From NCBI GenBank assembly GCA_937920495.1, contig CALEUQ010000025.1:2174-66173 (forward strand): 64,000 nt of DNA, in the 5' to 3' direction. The notes under the pieces were generated by a model. The model saw only the letters and a program-made list of their open reading frames with translations, made no database searches and was not told the origin of the DNA. Both the position numbers and the translations under genes were made by a program. Below, piece after piece: positions 28,852 to 38,272 of the stretch. Source of the stretch: an uncultured bacterium. GTDB taxonomy: Bacteria > Spirochaetota > UBA4802 > UB4802. Within the stretch, counting starts at the first letter, position 1. Every line of letters begins with the position of its first letter.

Positions 28852-31251
28852 TCACTTAAATACTATATCAAACACTTCGTCAATATGTGCAACAAAATAT
28901 ATCGATAGCCCACGGGTGATATGCTGTGGGATATCAGCCATTTCTTTCTTATTATCCAGCGGCATGATGATTGTGTTACAATGTTCACGTTTTGCTGCGA
29001 TAAGCTTTTCCTTTATGCCGCCAACAGGTAACACTCTGCCGGAAAGTGTAAGCTCGCCGGTCATGGCTATACGTTTTGTAACAGGTATATTCTTAACAAG
29101 AGAGAAAAGCGCAGAAGCAATTGTTATTCCTGCTGATGGCCCATCTTTGGGGATGGCACCTGCGGGCACATGAATATGTATGTTATGTGTGTTGAAAAAG
29201 TCTGTTATGTGGGTATCGTCATTGAAATAGTTTTTAATATAATTATATGCGATAGTTGCTGATTCTTTCATCACATCGCCAATATTACCGGTAAGTGTTA
29301 AGGAAGTTGAGCCGTTAGCTGGTGTGGATAATGCTTCTATAAGAAGTATGGTACCACCGGTTGAAGTCCATGCAAGCCCTACTGCGACGCCTGGATTTAA
29401 TTGTTCAGGGATTGTGTCACCTGTATAATATTCTGGTCCAAGTAGCGTGCGCAATGATTCTTCATCAAGATGATTGGGAAAAGACTGGTCTTTTTTTACG
29501 ATTGATTTTGCCTTTTTCCTGCAAAGGCGCTCCAGCTGTCGGTCTAAATTTCTGACTCCTGCCTCGCGCGCCCATCCATTAATGATGTAAAGAAGAGCAT
29601 TCCTATCAAGTTCAATAGAATTTTTTGGCAAGCCATGTTTTTTAAGCTGTTTGGGTAAAAGAAAATACTTTGCAATTTTGTATTTTTCTTCATCAATATA
29701 ACCCGGAATGCGTATCACTTCCATGCGGTCAAGCAACACATCCGGTATTGTATCGGTGGTGTTGGCTGTAGTGATGAAAAGTACTTTTGAGAGGTCAAAC
29801 GGCATGTCAATATAGTGATCCCTGAATGCATGGTTTTGCTCATAATCAAGCACTTCCAGAAGCGAAGCTGCAGGGTCCCCCTGATAGCTCTGATACAATT
29901 TGTCAATTTCATCAAGCATAAAAACAGGGTTTTTGGATTTGCAAATCTTCAGGCCCTGGATGATTTTACCAGGCATGGCACCAATGTAGGTTCGGCGATG
30001 ACCTTTTATTTCAGCTTCATCCCTGATGCCACCCAAAGATACCCTGAAGAATGTACGTTTCAATGAATCAGCTATTGCCTGCCCTAACGAAGTTTTGCCA
30101 ACACCCGGAGGTCCAACAAGGCACAGAATTGAACCACCTGAATCAGGTTTAAGCATCCTGACTGCCAAAAACTCTAATATTCGTTCTTTGACATCTTGAA
30201 GCCCATAATGACTTTTTGCTAAAATTTTCTCAGCTCTGGCAATATCAAGGCAGTCTTCTGTATACGTATTCCATGGCAATGAAAGCACGGTATCAAGATA
30301 CGTGCGGGCGATGGTATATTCTGGTGTGTTAGATTCAATATAGTAAAGGCGATTAAGTTCTTCTTGAATCTTTTCTTTTGGTTCACCCTTAAGATTCAAC
30401 ATGTCAAGTTTTGATCTCATCTGCTGGATTTCGTTACTGCGGTCATCATCCAGTCCTAATTCCTGTTTGATTATCTTTAGCTGCTCACGTAAAAAATAAT
30501 CACGTTGCTGTTTGTATATTTTTTCATTTATCTGATTTTGTATCTTGCGTTGAACGGAAACTACTTCCAGTTCCTTTTGTAAAAGTACCAGTACCTTTTC
30601 AAGACGCTTTTTTACATTTATTGTCTCAAGTATATTCTGATATTCCTGTTTTTCCAGATTTAATATTGATGTAACAAAATCAGCTATCCTGCCGGGTTCA
30701 TCAACGTTGAGCATGGTAAGTTTCATCTCTTCAGTGAACAGAGGATTGCTTTCGGATAGGATTTTAAGCTGACTTAAAATGGCACGGGTTAATGCTTTAA
30801 TTTCCAGATTTTTGGGATTTGCTTTGTCATGGATATATTCAACTTTTGCAATAATACTTTTTTTATCATCTACAATTTTGGTGATTCTGAACCGGCAGAT
30901 ACTGTTGATAAGAACATTAATGCTTTCATCTGGAAGATTGATTTTTTTGATTATCTTTGCTGCAGTACCAAACATCTCTATATCATCTATCTCCACATCT
31001 TCAACATCATCATCTTTCAGCACAGCAAGACCAATAGATCGTGAGGAATTAAGTGCATCGTCAATTGAGCGCATGAAACGTGGTTTGGCAATGATAAGCG
31101 GAGTGATGATGCCTGGAAATATTGGCCTGTATCGTACCGGTATAATATGAATAGTTGAAGGCAAATTGGTATCAATCTTTGATAGGTCACTGGCAAGGAT
31201 GGTATTTTCTATCTGAATGGTGTCATTGTCAAAGTATTCTTCAAAATTCAT
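28852..31251 (-). CDS. lon: ATP-dependent Lon protease
   Basis: It has a LON N-domain, a Walker A (GPPGVGKTS), and a catalytic Ser in PKDGPSAGIT. Length is 799 aa. Confidence 0.95.
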   Translation of the reverse strand: MNFEEYFDNDTIQIENTILASDLSKIDTNLPSTIHIIPVRYRPIFPGIITPLIIAKPRFMRSIDDALNSSRSIGLAVLKDDDVEDVEIDDIEMFGTAAKIIKKINLPDESINVLINSICRFRITKIVDDKKSIIAKVEYIHDKANPKNLEIKALTRAILSQLKILSESNPLFTEEMKLTMLNVDEPGRIADFVTSILNLEKQEYQNILETINVKKRLEKVLVLLQKELEVVSVQRKIQNQINEKIYKQQRDYFLREQLKIIKQELGLDDDRSNEIQQMRSKLDMLNLKGEPKEKIQEELNRLYYIESNTPEYTIARTYLDTVLSLPWNTYTEDCLDIARAEKILAKSHYGLQDVKERILEFLAVRMLKPDSGGSILCLVGPPGVGKTSLGQAIADSLKRTFFRVSLGGIRDEAEIKGHRRTYIGAMPGKIIQGLKICKSKNPVFMLDEIDKLYQSYQGDPAASLLEVLDYEQNHAFRDHYIDMPFDLSKVLFITTANTTDTIPDVLLDRMEVIRIPGYIDEEKYKIAKYFLLPKQLKKHGLPKNSIELDRNALLYIINGWAREAGVRNLDRQLERLCRKKAKSIVKKDQSFPNHLDEESLRTLLGPEYYTGDTIPEQLNPGVAVGLAWTSTGGTILLIEALSTPANGSTSLTLTGNIGDVMKESATIAYNYIKNYFNDDTHITDFFNTHNIHIHVPAGAIPKDGPSAGITIASALFSLVKNIPVTKRIAMTGELTLSGRVLPVGGIKEKLIAAKREHCNTIIMPLDNKKEMADIPQHITRGLSIYFVAHIDEVFDIVFK

Positions 31252-31288
31252 TAACTATCTCCATACACACAATAGTAATTTAATAATA

Positions 31289-31939
31289 TCAGAAGGATTG
31301 TTTTTTGGCTACATATTTTTTTAATTTAATGAAAAAGTAGATTACAACACTACATACTACAATTAACACGATTATCCTGCTGTATTGTGACAGGATCTGG
31401 CTCAATCTACTCTGTACTGTACGCCAGTTGTTACCCAGCGAATATCCTAAGTATATAAGAATGAGGTTCCATATAGATGAACTGATGAACGAAAACAACA
31501 GAACTTTATATGTGGAAAGATTTGAAAATCCTGCAGTCAAAGAAATTACGCTGCGTATACCGGGTAAAAATCTGTTTGCCAATACCAGCCAGATACCATA
31601 CCGTTGTACCCATTGCTCAGATTTTAGTATAGCTTCTTTTTTGAAGAAAGAAAAGTTTTTTTTGATTAGTAGTTCTTTGCCAAAAAGCTTGCCAACCAGA
31701 AAAAGTAGTGTAAATCCAATAACTGAACCAATAGTTGTTGACAGATAAACCCAGAAAAATTGCAATTTGCCTGTGCCAACCATGAAAGCACCAAAGGCAG
31801 TGACAACATCGCCAGGAACCGGGGGGATAAGGTTTTCCATTACAGCTGATATGCACAGCAGCAGATACAGCAATGGATTATTTGTGCTGTCCAGTAGCAA
31901 AGGCAATTGTTGTATAATGTCATCAAACATGGTTATCAC
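31289..31939 (-). CDS. DedA-family membrane protein
   Basis: It has a DedA-like G..G helix motif (VTAFGAFMVGTGKL) and 4-5 TM helices. Length is 216 aa. Confidence 0.65.
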   Translation of the reverse strand: MITMFDDIIQQLPLLLDSTNNPLLYLLLCISAVMENLIPPVPGDVVTAFGAFMVGTGKLQFFWVYLSTTIGSVIGFTLLFLVGKLFGKELLIKKNFSFFKKEAILKSEQWVQRYGIWLVLANRFLPGIRSVISLTAGFSNLSTYKVLLFSFISSSIWNLILIYLGYSLGNNWRTVQSRLSQILSQYSRIIVLIVVCSVVIYFFIKLKKYVAKKQSF

Positions 31940-32361
31940 ATTGTAATGTGAAATTTATTTAACTAAAAAGAATTTTACTGAAAATAACTACATTGTGTTG
32001 ATCATGAATATATTGTAAATAAAAGCATTAATGCTTTTCTATTATATATGGCACATTGTACCCTTTGGTGGATGTTTTTCAAATAATATTAAAAAGAAAA
32101 ATTTTGTTTACTTGATGCACTAAAGTTTTATAACTGGACAGGAATCTAATTAGTATTGTCAATTGTAGCATCCATACATATTTTTGTCAAGTAAGCTGAT
32201 ATGGCAGCGGTGTTCAATTTGTATATTACATGTAAATGTGAAATGAAAAATATTACTTGCTGGGCGATAGCTACGTTGTTATTGTAAATGGGTGGAAATT
32301 GTGTTGTGATGTAATTTTGAGCGTAGCAAAGAATCTAAAAATTAAAAGGCAAGATTCTTCG

Positions 32362-32376
32362 GTCACTTCGTGACCT
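32362..32376 (+). promoter_or_regulatory. perfect 6-bp-stem hairpin GGTCAC-TTC-GTGACC in 5' leader of lipoprotein gene
   Basis: Seen directly. It lies 40 nt upstream of the GGAGG RBS and no T-tract follows, so it is not a terminator. Confidence 0.3.
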
Positions 32377-32414
32377 CAGAATGACATTGAAAATCATTTT
32401 CGGAGGAATAATGT

Positions 32415-32942
32415 ATGCGTAAATACATTATATGTTTTATTTTATTCACAATAGTATCATGTAGTACTACGGCTATAAAAGAAAAGGAAGACCCGTTTGC
32501 GCAGGATAACAAAAGGTTTCTTGAAGAAAAGGGTGGTACAGAGCTTTTCAGGGTGTTAATAACTCCCGATGGTTATCAGGTAATTCAATTACACTATCAG
32601 GATAGGATTACACGCAATAATGATGAGAGTGGTGATAAATATATTCTTGAAGAGGTGGCACAGTATCACCAGATTGATGAGGCCAGAGAGGGTATAGTAA
32701 CAGTATGGCTGTTCCCTGATTCCGGGGCCATTATGAAGATACGGCCAACACAGCTTACATTTCTTGTTGAACTGGATAACCTTATTGTTCAGGATATGCA
32801 GCGATGGACATTCTCATTTCCCACAAAAACAGTTGAACCAACAAAATTTGATGTAAAATACAGGATAGTTTTAAGGAAGAAACTTTCTGACGAAGAAATA
32901 ATGCAGCAGATCAGGGAAAAAATAAAAGATAAAACACAGTAA
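32415..32942 (+). CDS. lipoprotein of unknown function
   Basis: It has a strong GGAGG RBS and a signal peptide with lipobox (IVSCST). Confidence 0.5.
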   Translation: MRKYIICFILFTIVSCSTTAIKEKEDPFAQDNKRFLEEKGGTELFRVLITPDGYQVIQLHYQDRITRNNDESGDKYILEEVAQYHQIDEAREGIVTVWLFPDSGAIMKIRPTQLTFLVELDNLIVQDMQRWTFSFPTKTVEPTKFDVKYRIVLRKKLSDEEIMQQIREKIKDKTQ

Positions 32943-32947
32943 ACACA

Positions 32948-35368
32948 TTACATAGAAGAAGTATTTATTATCAGGCGTACTGCATTTTCGTCTATTAAAA
33001 GTTTGTTGGCTATTTCCTGAGAACTCCACCCTTTATTGGATAGCTCGCGGACTGTTTTTATCAGCCGCTCATTGATATTGACGTTTGGTATACCTTTGAT
33101 CTCTTTAGCAATAACCGTATTGCTGTCAATGGCTTTAAGGATATCGGCAAATTGCTTCATCCGCTTGTCGGTCTCAGTAAACATTACCTGAAGGCGGTTA
33201 TCAGTCTGGCTTATTTCATCACGCATATCTTCAAGCTTCTGGAACATGGCATTAACCTGTTTGATACGCTCTTCTATATGGGCAGTGAGGCCTTCAAGTT
33301 CGGCAAAATGCTCTTTCACTTCTCGTATTTCCTGCTCACGGGTTTTAAGAATAAGGGTATTTTCCTCAATACTGTGCAGGTACCCGGTGAGGCGCTCAAT
33401 CTTCTTTTCTGATTTTTCTACGGTAGACTGGAATGCTTTTATTCTTGTTTCAATTGATTTCATAATGAGGTCGGCCTTATTGACTGATTCCAGATTTTTG
33501 GTGATAGTTGTTTCATATTCCTGTAGCTCGTGAATCCTGTTTTCAAGATCATTATACACTTTTGCCAGGGCATCAATTCGGGCATTGAATTGGTCAATTT
33601 TCAGCATGCCGTCCTGCAAGGAATCAGCTTTAATTGAGATTGTATCAGCCAATTCCATGAGAGCCTTGATTTCAGATTCAACCGTTGCCAGTTTCTCTTT
33701 TCTTGATTCAAACACCTTTAATTCACGTTCTACTGTCCTTCGTATATCCTTGATTGATTCAGCTTTTTCCAGAAATTCATCCAGCTTTTTTGATTCTTCG
33801 CGTGACTGAGCAAGAATAGTATTGAGTTCGGTTAAAGCTTGCTGAACTGTTTTAAGCATATCGTCAGTTCGTGTAAAGATCTTATGGTTTTCTTCCAGGC
33901 TTAAAAGCTCTTCTTTCATGGATGCTATATGCTGGCTCATGGCATCAAATTCATTTTTTGCTTCAGCAATCTTTGACTCAATAGATAGCTGCACCTGCCG
34001 TTCAATCTGGTTTGCTCGCTCGGTGAGGTTCTGGAAGCGAAGCTCTATGGCCTGATATTCGGTAACCAGTGTTTTAAGCTGCTCTTCTGATTTATCTATC
34101 AGTCTGTGCTCCATCTCGATAAATTTTTCGCCAAACTCCTCAATACGTGCCTTAATGTCTTCGGCCTCCTTGCGTGCAGCTTTTACAATCTCGTCTTTTT
34201 TTGAGATAGCATGGAGGTTTAAATTGTCAAATGCCGCCCTAATTTTATTAACTTCCTCATCAAATGAAACAATGAGCTGAGCTTTTGATTCATCAATACT
34301 TTGCTCAATCTGTCGCAGTTTATCATATACTTTTTCAATGTCGCCATTAACCTGTTCAATTAATTCTTGACGCATATCCTTAAATTCCTTCAGAGAACTG
34401 GATATGCTGGTTTTCACGTCATTAGCTTTTTCTTTGAGATCGGCAAAGATGCTGTTTTCCACTTCAGTAATTGAAGATTTAAGTTCCATAATCTCGTCGC
34501 TGACTTCGGCAAGCTCTTTGCGCATTGAGGTGGTTGAGGTTATTCTGATCTGGTCCAGATCCTGTTCAAAGTCTTCAATGGATTTTGCCAGTGTTACAAT
34601 TTTCTGATTAAGGTCGGTAAATACACGGCGTTCAGCTGATTCAACACGCTGTTCAATTGAGTCAACCGACTTTGTTACAGTATCTATCTTCAAGCGTATA
34701 TTTTCCAGGATTGCATCGCCGGTGTTGGTTATGTTTTGTTCCATGCGCGATAGCGACTCCGAAAAGTTGCGGGTTAAAAGGTCAATCTTTTCCTGAGAAG
34801 CCAGAAGTATCCGTTCTTCCTTAATATTAATAGTGTCGCGCAGTTTATTGATCTGTTCTGCAATTTCTTCCGATAGTTCCCGTGAGCGTTCACGGACCTT
34901 GTCATTGAAGGTTTGCAATACCACCGATGTCTCTTTTTCAAGTTTTGAAAGATTGTCGGTAAGGTAATTAATCTTTTTGGCTATATCGCCAAAGCTTGCC
35001 CGTGACGCCGCAATGTATTCTATCTGCTGATTTACATCGCGTGCTGCATTTGAAATGACTTTTAGATCCTCTTCAACTTTTTTCAAGTTTGTTTTTTCAA
35101 TATCAAGACCCTTAAGTTTTTCTTCAATTTCTGCAATTGAACCATTGAGATGATTGCTGAGTGCCTGAGCTCTTTTCAGCATGATGTCAAGTTCAATAGT
35201 GGAATCGTTAAACTTGCGTTCTTCTTCCTGTGCTAATTTTTTAAAGTCATCCAGCACTTTTGATGTATATCGTTTAACCTTGGTTATTCGCAGATTGGAG
35301 CGGTCAAGACGCCGGAAGAAGAGTATCATGAATAAACAGGTTACCAGCGTCACAATATTCCATATCAT
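32948..35368 (-). CDS. 806-aa membrane-anchored coiled-coil-rich protein (Ccrp/SMC-like filament former?)
   Basis: An N-terminal TM helix is followed by nearly uninterrupted heptad-like E/K/L/I-rich sequence. Confidence 0.5.
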   Translation of the reverse strand: MIWNIVTLVTCLFMILFFRRLDRSNLRITKVKRYTSKVLDDFKKLAQEEERKFNDSTIELDIMLKRAQALSNHLNGSIAEIEEKLKGLDIEKTNLKKVEEDLKVISNAARDVNQQIEYIAASRASFGDIAKKINYLTDNLSKLEKETSVVLQTFNDKVRERSRELSEEIAEQINKLRDTINIKEERILLASQEKIDLLTRNFSESLSRMEQNITNTGDAILENIRLKIDTVTKSVDSIEQRVESAERRVFTDLNQKIVTLAKSIEDFEQDLDQIRITSTTSMRKELAEVSDEIMELKSSITEVENSIFADLKEKANDVKTSISSSLKEFKDMRQELIEQVNGDIEKVYDKLRQIEQSIDESKAQLIVSFDEEVNKIRAAFDNLNLHAISKKDEIVKAARKEAEDIKARIEEFGEKFIEMEHRLIDKSEEQLKTLVTEYQAIELRFQNLTERANQIERQVQLSIESKIAEAKNEFDAMSQHIASMKEELLSLEENHKIFTRTDDMLKTVQQALTELNTILAQSREESKKLDEFLEKAESIKDIRRTVERELKVFESRKEKLATVESEIKALMELADTISIKADSLQDGMLKIDQFNARIDALAKVYNDLENRIHELQEYETTITKNLESVNKADLIMKSIETRIKAFQSTVEKSEKKIERLTGYLHSIEENTLILKTREQEIREVKEHFAELEGLTAHIEERIKQVNAMFQKLEDMRDEISQTDNRLQVMFTETDKRMKQFADILKAIDSNTVIAKEIKGIPNVNINERLIKTVRELSNKGWSSQEIANKLLIDENAVRLIINTSSM

Positions 35369-35549
35369 TTCATAACTCTCCTTTTGTAAAAATTAAATAC
35401 TCATCACAATGCAGTTGTAAAAATTTATTATATTAGAAAATGGATACAGTACAGTCTTATCCCAACATATTTGAAAAAACAAAAAGTTGCATTTTTTACA
35501 TTAAAATTATACATAAAACAATTAATAAAATTTGTCAACATAATTTTAT

Positions 35550-35678
35550 GTCACATTAAAAAATGATTGACGTTGATTATAAAAATAAAGGTTTGGCAAA
35601 ATTATTAAAGTGGGATCCCCGCCGCTCCGCGGCGGGGGATGTACTTAATGTGTACGTCACATAAAAAAATGATTGCTG
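35550..35678 (+). repeat. GC hairpin of the family-A core type flanked by 22-23-bp direct repeats
   Basis: The hairpin gggatccccgccgc-tcc-gcggcgggggat lies at 35612-35641. Direct repeats gtcacattaaaaaatgattgacg (35550-35572) and gtcacataaaaaaatgattgctg (35656-35678) flank it. Confidence 0.6.
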
Positions 35679-35744
35679 TGGGTTAAAAAAAGAATGTGGC
35701 AGAAATTGCTAACGCACCGTGGTTTGATATCCCGATGCCAGTGG

Positions 35745-35892
35745 TGTCATTCTGAGCTTGACTTTCACAATGGTCATTTTGGACTTGATCCGGAATCTAC
35801 TCCACATAGTCATTCCGAACTTGATTCGGAATCTTTAGTTCCTGAATCGAGCCTGTCCCGACGTAAGTCGGGAACATTGCGGGCTTAAACTT
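35745..35892 (+). repeat. repeat family B copy 1: contiguous array of four short (~27-50 nt) hairpin-forming units
   Basis: The four units begin gtcattctgagcttgac, gtcattttggacttgatccggaatct, gtcattccgaacttgattcggaatct and ctgaatcgagcctgtcccgacgtaagtcgggaac. Several contain their own inverted repeat. The second copy is at 47461-47603. Confidence 0.75.
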
Positions 35893-36024
35893 GCACTACA
35901 CAAAATCAGGAAATAGAAAAAAAAGATTGACTTCACACAAAGTAATGAGAATTTGACCACAATTTTTTGTAAGTGTAACCCTCTGCTGCTATCGGCGGCG
36001 TAGTGTCTACTCTATAAAAATAAG

Positions 36025-36567
36025 GTGATTATGAAAAGAGTAATTCTCACTATAATAGTTTTATCCGCATTGGCATTATTGTCATTTACGTACAATCTAT
36101 TACCTGAAAAAATGCCTTTTCCGGAACTATCGCACACCAAAAAAATACAGTACAAAGCCACCTGGAAAATAACTGCGTATTGCCCGGGAAGATGCTGTAA
36201 TACAAGAATTACAAATACCGGGGTTGATGACTATACCAACTGCGCAGCTGTGGGGGGCCTTACATTAACAGGATTGCTTGACCGTGATATTCATGTGGTA
36301 GCTGTTGATCCGTCTGTTATACCTCTGGGATCAATTATTAAATATAATAACACATATTATGTTGCACTTGATACCGGCAGTGCCATAAAAGGATTTACGC
36401 TTGATATACTACTGCCTGAACATACACAGGCTCTTGATTTTGGTGTTAAGTACAGTGATGATGTAGAGATTTATATTCCCCAAAATCCCAAAAAAGTTAT
36501 TGAAACACTAAAGAGTATAGCAGGGGTCAGAAAACCCTTATCCCTGAGATACTTTCAGCTACATTGA
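36025..36567 (+). CDS. 3D-domain (MltA/RlpA-like cell-wall) protein
   Basis: It has a signal anchor and the VAVDPSVIPLGS...YVALDTGSAIKGFTLDI 3D signature. Confidence 0.6.
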   Translation: MIMKRVILTIIVLSALALLSFTYNLLPEKMPFPELSHTKKIQYKATWKITAYCPGRCCNTRITNTGVDDYTNCAAVGGLTLTGLLDRDIHVVAVDPSVIPLGSIIKYNNTYYVALDTGSAIKGFTLDILLPEHTQALDFGVKYSDDVEIYIPQNPKKVIETLKSIAGVRKPLSLRYFQLH

Positions 36568-38218
36568 ATGCATGGTCACCAATTTTCTCAAATTTTGACA
36601 GCATATCAATAAAAATAAGTCCCGCATTGACATCGCATATACATTCATTTAATCGATTAACGTGACCTTTACGCAATTCACTTCTGAGTTCGTCAATCCT
36701 GTCTTCCAAAAATCGGGCATCGGTCATAATATCTTTGTTACGTATAGTGATATTGGCATCTATTAAAACCAAAAATTGGCGGACTTTTGATGCAATTTCA
36801 TCAATATCTTTCATTGCTTCATCTGAAAATTCAATGCCCTGCTCATATTTTCTGCGTATTAGTTTGAGCAATGATTCACAGTTATCGCCCATGCGCTCCA
36901 GTTCATTGACGGTATGCAGTAGCGATGACACTTCTTCGCTCTGTTCGTATGATATATTGTTCTGTAAAATATTCACAAGGAAGCTGGATATCTCTTTTTC
37001 AAGATGATCGGTAAGGTTTTCCAGTTTAATGATCTGCTCAACTTCAGTGCCCAGTTTTTCCTTTGGATGATGGAATACGTCCATGACCATGTCAAACATC
37101 TCAAGGACAATACCACACATACGCTTAATTTCAAGACGCGCCTGGTTTATATTAATTGTGGGTGTGGAAACCAGGGCAGTGGTGATATATTTTAAATGAA
37201 ACTCATCCTTTTCCCCTTCAGGCTTTGGTGCAAGCTTGGTAGAAAGATTTGCAAGCACATTGACAAATGGTAAAAATACGATAGTATTGATAACATTAAA
37301 ACATGTATGAAATGCCGCCATATGATCCGCAATAACCCTGGATTTGACTGCTAAAATATCAGAATACGGGTTTCCGGGCACAAGCCAGTCAACAAATGGT
37401 ATAAAAAATTTATGGAATATCAACATAATCCAGATAACACCAATAAAGTTAAATAAAAAGTGTGCACGTGCAGCCTGTTTAGCTTCTGTTGAAGCCCCTA
37501 TGGCAGCTATGTTAGCGGTAATTGTTGTACCAATATTTTCACCTAATATAAATGCACAAGCAGTGGGAAAATCAATAAGCCCGTTGACTGCTAGCGTCAT
37601 AGTCATAGCCACGGTGGCACTTGATGATTGCACGATCATGGTAATCATGGTACCGATAGCAACCACAAGCAATGTTGAAGATATATCCACTGCACTATAG
37701 CGTGACATCAGGTGTAATATTGCTTGGGAATTGCGCAGATCCTTAACCGCATTGCTCATGATATCAAGCCCAAAGAAAAGCACTCCAAAGCCAAGCAATA
37801 CTTCTCCGTAATACCGCATTTTTTCATTTGCTATAAACCGTATAAAAAAGCCTATGCCAATGCAGGGTAGGGCAACAGCTGTGATTTTAACTTTAAATCC
37901 AATCAATGCAACAAGCCAGCCAGTGATAGTAGTACCAATGTTAGCTCCATATATTATCCCAATAGACTGTTGTAACGTTAAAAGCCCGGCACTTACAAAG
38001 CTTACCAGCATGACTGTGGTGGCACTTGAGGATTGTATTATGGACGTGATGAATAAACCTGTAAATACTCCTTTAATTCTGTTATTGCTCACTTTCCAAA
38101 GTATGCTTTTCAACCTTTCACCTGCTGCTTGCTGCAGGGATTCGCTCATGATTTTCATTCCAAACAAGAACAATCCCAATCCGCCAAAGATCGTGATACC
38201 TATCGAAAATCCATCCAT
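36527..38218 (-). CDS. Na+/phosphate cotransporter (NptA family) with C-terminal PhoU-like domains
   Basis: It has a duplicated transporter core (MKIMSESLQQAAG...) and C-terminal helical PhoU-like repeats. Length is 563 aa. Confidence 0.85.
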   Translation of the reverse strand: MDGFSIGITIFGGLGLFLFGMKIMSESLQQAAGERLKSILWKVSNNRIKGVFTGLFITSIIQSSSATTVMLVSFVSAGLLTLQQSIGIIYGANIGTTITGWLVALIGFKVKITAVALPCIGIGFFIRFIANEKMRYYGEVLLGFGVLFFGLDIMSNAVKDLRNSQAILHLMSRYSAVDISSTLLVVAIGTMITMIVQSSSATVAMTMTLAVNGLIDFPTACAFILGENIGTTITANIAAIGASTEAKQAARAHFLFNFIGVIWIMLIFHKFFIPFVDWLVPGNPYSDILAVKSRVIADHMAAFHTCFNVINTIVFLPFVNVLANLSTKLAPKPEGEKDEFHLKYITTALVSTPTININQARLEIKRMCGIVLEMFDMVMDVFHHPKEKLGTEVEQIIKLENLTDHLEKEISSFLVNILQNNISYEQSEEVSSLLHTVNELERMGDNCESLLKLIRRKYEQGIEFSDEAMKDIDEIASKVRQFLVLIDANITIRNKDIMTDARFLEDRIDELRSELRKGHVNRLNECICDVNAGLIFIDMLSKFEKIGDHAFNVAESISGIRVF

Positions 38219-38272
38219 ACTATAATACCTCTGAGTAAGAGTCTAAAACTGTGAGATCATTAAAGATATGTT

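Noticed and set aside
35673-35888. 71-aa ORF in the supplied track
   Set aside because: It is simply the translation of the family-B hairpin repeat array (repetitive HSELD/PES peptides). There is no RBS, and the second copy of the array is not in frame.
35745-35892. Possible CRISPR array (also 47461-47603)
   Set aside because: The units are contiguous variants of one another without unique spacers of regular length. No cas genes are in the window.
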